Shown: in pieces, positions 1 through 32,501 of the stretch
Position numbering within the stretch: position 1 is the stretch's first letter
How the letters are laid out: each line of letters opens with the position of its first letter
NCBI GenBank assembly: GCA_036785375.1
Contig: JAWMAR010000024.1
Location: forward strand, 5,394,001 to 5,458,000
Direction of reading: 5' to 3'
Length of the DNA: 64,000 nucleotides
Source of the DNA: Leucoraja ocellata
Taxonomy: Eukaryota
Notes under the pieces: model-generated
What the model was told of the DNA's origin: nothing
Databases searched by the model: none
Seen by the model: the letters and a program-made list of their open reading frames with translations, nothing else
Program-made: the position numbers and the translations under genes

Positions 1-1131
1 GTCTATCTGTCTCTTGTTTATCTGTCTGTTCCTCTCGACACTCCAGCTGTGCTTGTATTATCTCGCTTTAATTTCAAAAATCGCCCAGCACTGTGGTTGC
101 AATCGGGACTCAGATTACCCGAGTGGCTGTAGGTCACATTCCTCGGTTTACTTTTATTAATATAAAATGTAAAGTTTCTTATCCCCCCCCACCAAAAAAA
201 AAAACATGTTGCCCTGACCAATATTGTTGGACATCTCTCAAGCAATGCTGTTATTCTGGTCATTAGCACATTATTGTTTGTGGAGACCTTGTCCCTAACT
301 ACAGGTCAAAACTACCTAATTGCTTGTAAATCGCTTTGGAATATTTACATAACCACACTACATCCAGCATCTTGTTGCAGGAAATATTCGACGAACCGTA
401 ACTAACTTCCATGTTCACCCGCGAGTTGAACTACAGTGCTAATGCAAAGGTCTGTATCCCGGCAGCCAACGTCCTTATGGTAGGCTCAAGGTTTATCCTG
501 CTCCATATTTTAATCCCATTAAAATTGTCACTTTTGTAGTAGACCATTTTTGGAGCAGACTTTCGCACGTTGACAGAAGAATGGTCCTACCTACCTCCCT
601 TTCCTCCTGTCCCCCTCCACCTACATCCCTTCCTCTAGCCTCACAATTCACACTTAATTTCCGTGTCTTACAGCCCTTTGTCTCCTTTTCACCACTGGCA
701 TTTGTGTACCCATCTGCTGATGTCAGAAGAATGATCTCGACACATATTCCTTTTCTTCAGAAATGCTGCCCGACCCGCTGAGTTACTCCAGCATTTGGTG
801 TCTATCTTCGCAGTAAATCAGCATCTGTGGTTCCTTCCTACACATACTAAAGGAGCCCTTTAAATGCATCCACGTATCATTTGCTGGTTTTGTCCCGCCC
901 CCACCTCTCTTTCGGCTTTCTTGCCACCACTAAAATCAGTCTGAAGAGGGATCCCGACCGACCCAAAGATGATGCCAGACTGGCTGAGTTACTCCTGAGT
1001 TGTGGCGCTCTAGTTCCTTCTCGCCCCCAAAACATTACATTTCACCAACCTAATGTATCCGCCCCTTACTCCAACACACGGGGGCCCTCAATGAGACAAC
1101 ATTCTGTGCGACTTGAACGGTGTGTTCGTGA

Positions 1132-1358
1132 TGGCCCTGTCCCACTTAGGAAACCTGAATGGAAACCACTGGAGACTTTGCGCCCCCACCCAAGGTTTCC
1201 GTGCGGTTCCCGGAGGTTGCAGGTGGTTGCCGGAGGTTGCAGGTAGTGGAAGCAGGTAGGGAGACTGACAAAAACCTCCGGGAACCGCACGGAAACCTTG
1301 GGTGGGGCGCAAAGTCTCCAGAAGTTTCCGTTCAGGTTTCCTAAGTGGGACAGGGGCA
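1132..1358. mobile_element. Palindromic MITE, PIF/Harbinger-like (mirror copy at about 39440-39666)
   Basis: About 85-bp terminal inverted repeats, tggccctgtcccacttaggaaacctgaa...ttcaggtttcctaagtgggacaggggca, flanked by TGA/TTA (TWA-like target duplication, one mismatch). Confidence 0.75.
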
Positions 1359-1749
1359 TTATTTAGGCCCCGAGATTGGCAGGGTTCAAAACTACCACCC
1401 ATAACTCAACTTCCAATTTGTCAAGCAAAGACTCCCAGCAATGATAAATCCCACCCGGCCTGGACTAGTGGACTTAGGTCGGGATTTTAAACGTTTTCAC
1501 CCTTTCATTCTAACAAAACCAGGATTAAAACTGGAGGTTATGTAAAACGAAATAAATATCTGGTGTTTATTTATTATTGCCACGTGTACCGAGATACAGT
1601 GAAAAACTGTGTGGAGCTCAGGGTGAAGTTTATATTAGTATTTAACGGGAATGGTGGATCTTAAAGTGACCTGCGCCTTCATATTAAATATATTTAAATT
1701 TCTGGAGATAAGGTTTGTCCGAAAGCGGTACACAAAAAGGTGATTAAGA

Positions 1750-1927
1750 AGGAACTGCAGTTGCTGGAAAATCGAAGGTACACAAAAATGCTGGAGAAAC
1801 TCAGCGGGTGCAGCAGCATCTATGGAGCGAAGGAAATAGGCAACGTTTCGAGTCGAAACGTTGCCTATTTCCTTCGCTCCATAGATGCTGCTGCACCCGC
1901 TGAGTTTCTCCAACATTTTTGTGTACC
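1750..1927. repeat. Head-to-head Penelope-type terminal repeats forming a near-perfect hairpin of about 75 bp per arm
   Basis: gtacacaaaaatgctggagaaactcagcgggtgcagcagcatctatggagcgaaggaaataggcaacgtttcga followed directly by its reverse complement. Confidence 0.85.
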
Positions 1928-3847
1928 CACACAAAGGTGATTGTCAGTTTCCGGAGTGCCTCCTGCTCAAAAGAGAATCAAATGTAAAATCTTACTCGAG
2001 GATACAATCGATATTTATAAACTGAAATCGCTGTAACCAGTCAAGTCAGACTTTGCAGCGAGGGAAAAAAACAAGACTTAATCAAAGTACTGTGTGAAAG
2101 TTTTATCCCAAGTATTCACAAACATTGCCTTCCCGCGGGACTTTCAACATTGTCTCTATAATATTTCGATTTCCACTTTCCGCGGGATTGTGTTGGGTTT
2201 TTTTTTCCCCCTATGGTTGAGGCATCTCCTGATTCAGCACATTCTGTAACACATAACATTATACATTTGTTTCCATTTAATAATTGCCCCCTTTCCGTAC
2301 GAGTTGAATTGAAAAACATATTTCACGAAAAGATAAAACCTGAGTAAAAATCACGTTGACCACACAGAAAAAGACCTCATACGCGTTGCCGCGCTTTGGA
2401 CAAGAAACCTTTACCTAAGTGACACCTGGACTGCGACAAATCTTCAATTAATTTCCCATTATGTTTTGCAGTTTTAACATGGTATCTTTCAGGCATTAAA
2501 ATGTTCATAGTGTTTTACACTGTTGTTTTACAGTGTATATAACCAACAATTTTAATTTTGTGTTTTAACAAAAATCATGAATTAATAGTATTGATATTGG
2601 TTTATTATTGTAAGGTTCACCGACATACAGTGAAAGAAAACTTCGTGTTTTATATATATAACATTAGGAAGATCAGGGTCCAGGCTCTTGTTGGTCAATC
2701 GAGCGACAGTTACACCATTGTTAACCCTACTTAGACATTTTAGACTTTTTGGACTTTTAGTTGGGTTGCCACTCACCAGATCAATAGATCTGAACAACAC
2801 TGACTTAAACCGCTCTTGACTTTTGACTAATGCAGGTTTCGAGCAAACTTGTTTCACGCCGAGAGATCTGACCTTCTTTAACTGCTTGAGGTTGGGAATT
2901 GGCGAATTTGTTCCCAAGTCAATTGGCTGCGAAAGGGAGAACGTCTTGGAATTAATTGGTGCTGGGCTGGTGCCACTTCACCATCCCGTGGATAGGGTGT
3001 CGAGTCGTTGGACTTCAATGGGTCTGCGAGGGTCGAGCGCCCGAATCCCGGGTTGTTCTGCAAATTTCTATAAGATTCAAACACGTTTGTTTCAATTAAA
3101 ACACGATGGACAAATTGCACCATAATTTCCAGTAACAATTAATGATTTGGCTGGGTAGCTAGTGCCGAATATGTTTAATATGCAGCTTACCGGGATAAAC
3201 AGTCTGCACATTCATCTTGCCAATCCCCATTAGGCACAAGGGAAGGACATTCAGCCTCTCGAACCTATTCCTTTCCATTGAACCATAACTGCCTTTCCTC
3301 GGCCTTCATCAATTCCCTTTACCACGGAGACGCAAGGAACTGCAAATGCTGGAATCTTGAGCAAAGTAGAGTGTGCTGGAGGAGCATCTGTGGAGGGAAT
3401 AGACAAGTGGGCCCGTCCTTCGGGCCTTACTGACACATGTCTATAAGTCACTTTTAAATATTCCTCTTGACCTCGCCTCAACAATTGTTTGAAGAGAAAG
3501 TCCCTGACTCGTTTACCTCCTTGTAAACATTGACCTGGTTTAGATTTATTGTAATGTTTCAAGCCAGAGCATTAATGATTTGGCTGGGTAGCTAGTGCCG
3601 AATATGTTTAATATGCAGCTTCCCTCGCATTCAGCCCTCTGATTAATTGTTTACAGGTTAATGGAAAAGTCCGGAGAGGAAACTTGCTCACTTCGCCTAA
3701 TTTCATCCAGTTAAGAACCTTGCCCGTGTTCCATCCCACAGCAAGTGGATTGAGATCAGACTACAATGACAGCTGACGCCAGCTACTGCATAAAGAACGA
3801 CATTATTCATAATTGATAATTTAGGGGTGTCACCCTTCAATCGACAT

Positions 3848-3853
3848 TTTAAT
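3848..3853 (-). promoter_or_regulatory. Candidate distal polyadenylation signal ATTAAA
   Basis: Minus strand TGTACATATTTTGTACAAGTATTAAA, with upstream TGTA (CFIm) motifs at the end of an AU-rich UTR-like tract. Confidence 0.45.
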
Positions 3854-4538
3854 ACTTGTACAAAATATGTACATTTTTACAGGGTTTTTTGTTTCTGCTA
3901 GTAGCTGTATTCTGTATGAACAACAAAAAAAATTACAGTATTTAAGCCAGAACTTAAAAAAAAGCGTACTGCATCTACAATGTAAATACCACCAGCTACA
4001 TTTATGAACTCACTCAGCCAAGAATTATTGTAAAAGTCCAACGTCTGATCGGTTTATGAATTCCTTGATAACTCCATTAACATAGCATTTATTTTACTTT
4101 CCATAAAAAAATATCGCTGAACAAGTAAAGATAGCCTTTCCAAAGTAAGGGGTCGATTCACTCCCTCTGAATTTATTTAAAAATTAAAAAAAAAATCAAC
4201 ACAATACTGCGTTTAACAAGGAGGCAGGTGATGACTGAAATGTATGCTTTGGTACGGTTTGCAGATGTCTCTTGATCGAAGCTATGATATGTAATCCGAC
4301 GTAACTGAAACACTTATAATGTTGTAAATCTCTTGGTAACCAGTTTAATTTTGTCGGGAACATCGTTTCACTTGCACGAAATAAACTTTGAACGTGACAG
4401 CTACCTATATACAAATATCAGAACAACTAGCTTGCACGGTGTTAACGAAGAAAAAATAGAAAGTTGTTGACTATAATGATGCGTGGGGTGGATGTAAATC
4501 ATCTCTAGCGTATTCGGGTGAATATAAACGAAATTAAC

Positions 4539-4578
4539 TTTATTATAGAAATCATTCTGGGAGATTTCTAGGGAAGAC
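4539..4578 (-). promoter_or_regulatory. PAX6 3'UTR block: miR-7 7mer-m8 site (GTCTTCC, 4572-4578) and AATAAA polyadenylation signal (4539-4544)
   Basis: Minus strand aatgtaagtatgtGTCTTCCctagaaatctcccagaatgatttctatAATAAAgttaattt, resembling the mammalian PAX6 3'UTR block from memory. miR-7 regulation of Pax6 is established in mouse. Confidence 0.75.
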
Positions 4579-5067
4579 ACATACTTACATTTCGACATAA
4601 CAAATGGATTATATCGAAGACACAATCTACCTTTATCTACCAAATTGTCCACTTCCTTGAAGTTCTTTTACCTTTGAACATAAACTTATTTGTCAACGAC
4701 CTTGGGCAAACCCAAACAGATAGAGTTCGCTTATACACAACTAAAGTTGGCTTCCCTTCCCCCGCCCCATCCCTCCCATCCCTCCCTCCCATCCCCAAAA
4801 TAAAATTGACCAATATTTAGTGTAATGCAATGGTACGAGTTGGTAACATCGAAGTCCATAAATCTAGAAACGTCATGGTAAAAGCACTCGATGGCGGTCT
4901 AATTCTTGACTGCTATGTTGTCCATGGCGTCTTGTAATTATCCCATGAGCCACGTATACCAAAGGTCCATCGAGTCACGTTGTTCTTGTTTTAAACATAC
5001 AGGAATGTCCATTTACAAATAATACACAGAGAGAAGAATTTCGGGAGCCGGGGGGGACAATGAGACG

Positions 5068-5074
5068 TTTGTTC
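5068..5074 (-). promoter_or_regulatory. miR-375 7mer-A1 seed match (GAACAAA) in PAX6 3'UTR
   Basis: About 165 nt after the stop codon, present in both copies (also 36058-36064). Seed match only. Confidence 0.45.
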
Positions 5075-5237
5075 CATCGACTTCACACGTCCGCTACAAG
5101 ACGTCGACGTGAGTCTTCTCAAAGTTGAGTGTATTGGTCGCAGTCCCAGAACAAAGATACCTTCAGAGTCACTTCTTGGAAAACAAATACTGCTGGGGGT
5201 CCGACTCTCTATAGTCTCTGTCCATCCACCCTGCCCT

Positions 5238-26358
<21,121 letters not shown>

Positions 26359-26677
26359 GTTGAATTGTTACACCAATGTCCCACGTGGCTTGCTTACAGT
26401 GTTCTATTAGTAATAAAAAGTATGTGTTAATCAGTTAATGTCACAAACTCTACAATCGTTCAGAAATCTAATCTAAAAAATGTCCACTCACAGAACAAAT
26501 GTAAAAGAAAAAAAAAGCCAAGAGTGCTCACTGTAGAATCAGAAAACGGCAAATTATAAAGTTTTTTTTTTAAGTTTAACGCCAAACGATCGTTTTCTGA
26601 TATTTAAAAGGTTGCTTGGAAATTTTGCTATTTAAATTCTGCTCGGATAATGAAAATAGTAATCACGCGAAACGTGC

Positions 26678-26741
26678 CTCAAAGCTGTGTTGGCAATCAG
26701 TGGCCACAGACATCTGTTTACCACTAGTTAAAGTCTTCCCT
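26678..26741 (-). other. PAX6: PAX6 non-coding 5'UTR exon 3 (3' boundary tentative, putative GC donor)
   Basis: Minus strand reads ttttccatag|AGGGAAGACTTTAACTAGTGGTAAACAGATGTCTGTGGCC, closely matching my recollection of the start of mammalian PAX6 exon 3 (GGGGAAGACTTTAACTAG...CAGATGTG). Best donor candidate is GAG|gcacgt. Confidence 0.65.
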
Positions 26742-28104
26742 CTATGGAAAAAGCAAAAAAAAAGTTTGTTATGGCAACCAGGAAGTCGTGTTAATGTAAT
26801 ATAATCGATGCAATTTCACTATTTAAATTTCATTAAAGCACTCGGTGAAAAATTCGCAGTTTATAGGTGTCTGGCCCTGACTATGAGAAGCGTAAAGTTT
26901 GTACCGGGGTCTGGCCTTTTTAAGATGGTGTACTATACTTACTGAACGTTTTTTTAAATTTTGAATATTAGGAGGTGCGACGGATTTCCGCTGGAATTCT
27001 CCCGTGCACGGGGAAACAGTGAAAAGAGCCTTTTTTTTAATTCAATTCAAGAACCACGACAGATGCACACTCTTAGCCTGCACACACGGGGTTCCTGTTT
27101 CTTGATTCCGAGAGCGTTCGGGCCGCACGCTCGGCCTAATGACTTCAATTTGTTGCTGGTGAACCTGCCTGGCGCAATAACATTGTGTAATAACGACACG
27201 AGTGTGGGCGGAAAGTGGTCTCATTTTAATACCTTTAAAATATATTTAAACTCAAGTGCTGGCGCCCGGTTTGGAAGGGAAAAGAAACTCCCGAGGGGTT
27301 GTGTTACGGACATTATTTACACGTTGGTCCACGCAGTTTGGACAGTCTTGAGTCCTCTGCTTTCTTTGCAACCTCAACAAGAAAAGGCCTTAAGGTACTG
27401 TACACCATAACGCACTTTTGAACTTAGTTACTCATGATTAACTTTCTTCCCCGGTCTTTAGATCTTCTTTATACTGAGGTATTCTGACACACGCTGTCTA
27501 CCTTGCCCGGCTGCTTAAAAAGCAGTAACGGGAGGGGGTCAGAACTGATCGACAAAGACTACAGAATGTGAACAATGCTCTTTATTCTGCTTACAGCCCA
27601 TACCCATCGAGCATGCACCCGACACCCCCCCCCCACCCCCTCTCCTCCAGCCGCCCCTCCCTCCCGGACTCCCCAACCAGCAACACAGCGTCCAGCTAAA
27701 CGCAGCGCGCTCTTCAAGACTTTCAACTTCCAACACCGGGCAGAATTATCATTTTCTTTTGTTTTCTTCTCTCCCCCCCCCCCCCCCCCACCCCACCCCC
27801 CTCCCTCCTCCCTCGCTACCCCCTCCAGAAATAAAGCAAGTAATTTCTGTTATGAGTATCTGGAGGTAATTGTGTTGCTGGTGCGGGTTGTAAAGGGTTG
27901 TAAAAAGATACAACAGCTCCGCGGGGCGCTCAATTGCGCAGAGACAATTATAATAAAGGTTCCATTGAAGGGGTTTGCTAAAAGCGGGGTGCAATAACCA
28001 AATGGACCAGCTTTCATTTTTTTTTTTTTTACCTTCTCTTTTCCCAAATACTTAATTCTGTTTCCTTTACCACCCTGAGCATGACGCGCACCCCCTCCCC
28101 CCCC

Positions 28105-28138
<34 letters not shown>

Positions 28139-29889
28139 ATATCCAGCACCCCTACTATTCTATCTCAACTCAAATTCCTAAACCCTCGCTTTTTTCTCCT
28201 CCCTCCCCTCTTCTTTCTATTCATTAGAGATCGCTGGAATATAATGTATAGACTAGCTTTGTTATCTATTCCTGCACGCACACACTCACGAGGAAAAAAA
28301 AATAACTTCAAACAAATACTTTCTCCCAGCATGCCGGCTCCCCTGCGTCAATATTTACAACAGCGAAGGGTGACTACCTGATTACCCAGGAAAGTCAGCG
28401 AGAAAGCGATGCCCGGCCGCTTAACTTCCCCAACTGAACCCAACAGAAAAACCGCCGTTGACCAGGACACTTCAACGACCTTCATTAGTCTTTCCTCGGT
28501 TTAGGAAGTGGTTGGTGCAACATTTGCAACATTTGATCAACATATACACAAATAAATTGCTATCTTTTAACGATGATGGATTTTTCTTACCGCAGGGCTG
28601 GAAATGCCTTCCTAATTAGTCGGATTGCAAAAAGCAATTTATCACTCCCCCGAAAATTTCACACGCTGTTTTACAGCCTTATCAAATTGTATTTTTAAAA
28701 TAATAGAAACCAGCTGATATATTTCAGTGTGGTATTTTCAGCCCACTGTTTACTACTGTCGACTCAGTGCAGAGAGAGAGAAAAAAAAACAAGTGCTGAT
28801 CAGGCAATTGTTTATCAAAGGCCCAAATACAGAGTCCCATCCTTACCCCCTTTCATTTTTACGCCGAACTGCGGGCGGCAGTCCACCGATTGTGGTCTTC
28901 CTCCGTCTGCCCCGCTGCAAATTTCGACCCAAACAGTAACACTGTTTTGGCTGCCAGCCGTTCACGGCTGGCCGAGGGTATATGTTATGAACTATTCAAT
29001 TAAACACCACAAGCGCACCAGAAAAGTCATAAAATCCCCGCGATACCTATTTCCATTTCTGACCTTTTAAAAAAAAATCGCTCTTGGAAATTCTGCCAAA
29101 GAACAAGGGTCCTGGCACTTCGGTTTAGTTTAAACCGGGATTTATTTACCATTTCCACACACGCTGCTATTTTCCTGTTTTGTTTACTGTTAAGACGCAT
29201 GCACTAGAAATACTTCTACCCATTTACAGATAAACCTGTACTGATCTTTTTACGACGTGTTTATTAGATAGCGCGGCCTGGTGAAGTCCATGTTAATTTA
29301 TTTGGATAGCGAGTAGTTAGTTCAGAGTGAGATTTGTAAACTCCTGCCCTTTAAATGCTAAATGTCTTCCAGGCGCCTTGCATTGAAACTGAATTTGAAA
29401 TTATATGTTAGATCTAAATGAGCTCTGAATTTACGACATCCCGAAACAATATATCACAAAATGAGATTGTTTTTTTTTCTTTCGCCGGCCTGTGCTATCT
29501 TTTAATTGTCGGCAAATTAATTTCTCTAAATTAAACAAATTTCGCAATACGCAAGTAGCGAAGCGGGTGATATTTATGCAATAATTTCAGGGAGCTGCAA
29601 TAGAGAAGGGGGACACTTTGTTCGATTTTTTTGCGTTTTAGCAGGCACAAGTGCAGGCTGGTGCTAGCTGGCTGAACAGTAATTCCCAAGATGGGAATGA
29701 ATAGTAATATCGAGGTTTTAAACAAACCCAAACGTTGGTACAGAGTAAATATGAGTTGGAAACACTGAGGAAGCGGCCCTAATGAATCTGCTGATTGCTT
29801 AATTCAAACTGACACAATACATTATCGGGTCATTGCTTCTGCATCAAACAGCTAGCTTTGGCCTAGAGTGAATTATTTTGTTCTTTCTT

Positions 29890-30089
29890 NNNNNNNNNNN
29901 NNNNNNNNNNNNNNNNNNNNNNNNNNNNNNNNNNNNNNNNNNNNNNNNNNNNNNNNNNNNNNNNNNNNNNNNNNNNNNNNNNNNNNNNNNNNNNNNNNNN
30001 NNNNNNNNNNNNNNNNNNNNNNNNNNNNNNNNNNNNNNNNNNNNNNNNNNNNNNNNNNNNNNNNNNNNNNNNNNNNNNNNNNNNNNNNN
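29890..30089. other. Assembly gap, 200 N
   Basis: Run of exactly 200 N, typical of a fixed-size scaffolding gap. Confidence 1.
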
Positions 30090-31070
30090 AAAGGAGAAGC
30101 GAGAGAGATAAAATGCAGAGAGCATGAGGGGGGGGGGGGGGGGGTTAGCAAAAGAGCAGTGTGAGACTGGTGGTGAGTGTGTTTGTGGATCAGAAAGCAT
30201 AGGAGTCAAGAGTCGAGACACAAGAGTGTTTTATTGTCATTTGTCCCTGATAGAACAATGAAATTCGTACTTGCAGCAGACAAATTGTTTATGAAAGTAT
30301 GTATGAGTGAAAGAGTAAGATCATGAGCATGGAAGTGTGAGTATGCACATAAAAAGGAAATAACTTGATAGAGAACATTCTAAGAACGTGACCTTGAGAT
30401 AGTGAGGTTGCGTATGAAAGAGAAAGAGAGAGACAGTGACAAGGGAATAAATGAAAAGTGGAGCATGGTGATTGAAAAGTAAACAATCATATTTGATGCT
30501 GCCTACCACCCAGTTTTATTTTATATTTGGAAGATCTGGGAGTTATACAGCATGAAAATGGGCCCTTCTGCATAACGCAGACATGCTGATCAAGATTCTT
30601 CCTTGAGCTAAACCAATTTACACGTGTTTGGTCCATATCCCTCTAAAACCTTCCTATCCATGTACCTGTCCACATGTCGTTTTAATGCTGATAATGCATG
30701 TACTTCCCCAAATGTTGTCTTACAAAGAACATTTGGACAGGATAGAACAGGGAGACATGACTTGATTGAAGATAAGATGGAGGTCATGATAAGTGGAGAG
30801 AATTGTTTCCTCTCAAGAGAGAATGGTAAACTGGGGTCAATATCTCAGAACAAGGAGACGCAGAGTCAATATACAGATCATGTGAAACCTGTTCTCTTGG
30901 AAGGCCACAAGACTTTGGTATTCTCTTCCTCAAAGGATGATGGAAGAAGAGACTGAATATTTTAAGACAGAATTATACAGGCACGTGATCAGCAATAAGA
31001 TGAAATGTTTGCTAGGGATCGGCTGGAATGTGGAATTGATGTTAAAGCCACGTCAGTCATGACTTTATGA

Positions 31071-31304
<234 letters not shown>

Positions 31305-31959
31305 TGAAACATGCTGCATGCAAATAAAAATCAGTGTCTTTTCAATTGTCGTGACAATATTTCCCAGGATTTGGACCTGGGACTTTTTTTTCTGTCTGAT
31401 GTGGACCTGGAGTCTTAGAATGATAGAAGCTACAGGGTAGGGTCACCAGGTTAATTCCCGGGATAGCGAAGACTTTTCATCATTCCCGAAATGATGAAAG
31501 AATTGAACGACGGTGCTTGCATTCACTGGATTTCAGAAGGATGAGAGGGGAGCTTATAGAAATATATATATTTTTTTGTTTAAGGGATTGGACACGTGAG
31601 ATGCAGGAAACATGTTCCTGATGTTGGGGGAGTCCAAAATCAGGGGCCACAATTTAAGAATAAGGGGTAGTTGAGGAAAAACGTTTTCACCCAGAGAATT
31701 GTGAATTTGTGGAATTTTCTGCCTCAGAAGGCAGTGGAGGCTGATTCACATTTAAAGGATAATTAGATAGTGCTCTTAGGGCTAGCGGAATCACGGGATA
31801 TGGGGAGAAGGCAAGAACGGGGTCCTGATTGTGGATGATCAGCTCGAAGGGCCGAATGGCATACTCCTGCCCCTATTTTCTATCTATCTATGTATCTAAT
31901 ATTCTTTTTCCTTCAAATTGCTATTGATTAAGATTTCTGTTCCATTTCCGTTTTGGTAG

Positions 31960-32190
<231 letters not shown>

Positions 32191-32453
32191 TGACCCGCAG
32201 AATTACTCCAGTGTTTTTGTGGCCATCTTCAATCCACGGCTAAATTCAGCCCTGGAGCTGCATTGACCTAAACACCACACCATCAGTCATCCAGTTACGA
32301 AAAAGTGCAACAACAAAAAAACCCCAGTGCAAAGTCATTAAAGTAGCGAATGATTTAAGAATCAGCAAGCTTTACATCAAGTTTAATATCTTTTAAGGAA
32401 CGCCAACATTTTCTAAACCGACAACTACTGTCGATTTAATTTAAAGATTTAAA

Positions 32454-32501
<48 letters not shown>

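Noticed and set aside
881-1490. Stack of overlapping ORFs on both strands
   Set aside because: A by-product of the GC-rich palindromic MITE; no protein homology recognised.
29844-30221. ORFs spanning the gap
   Set aside because: Artefacts of translating N.
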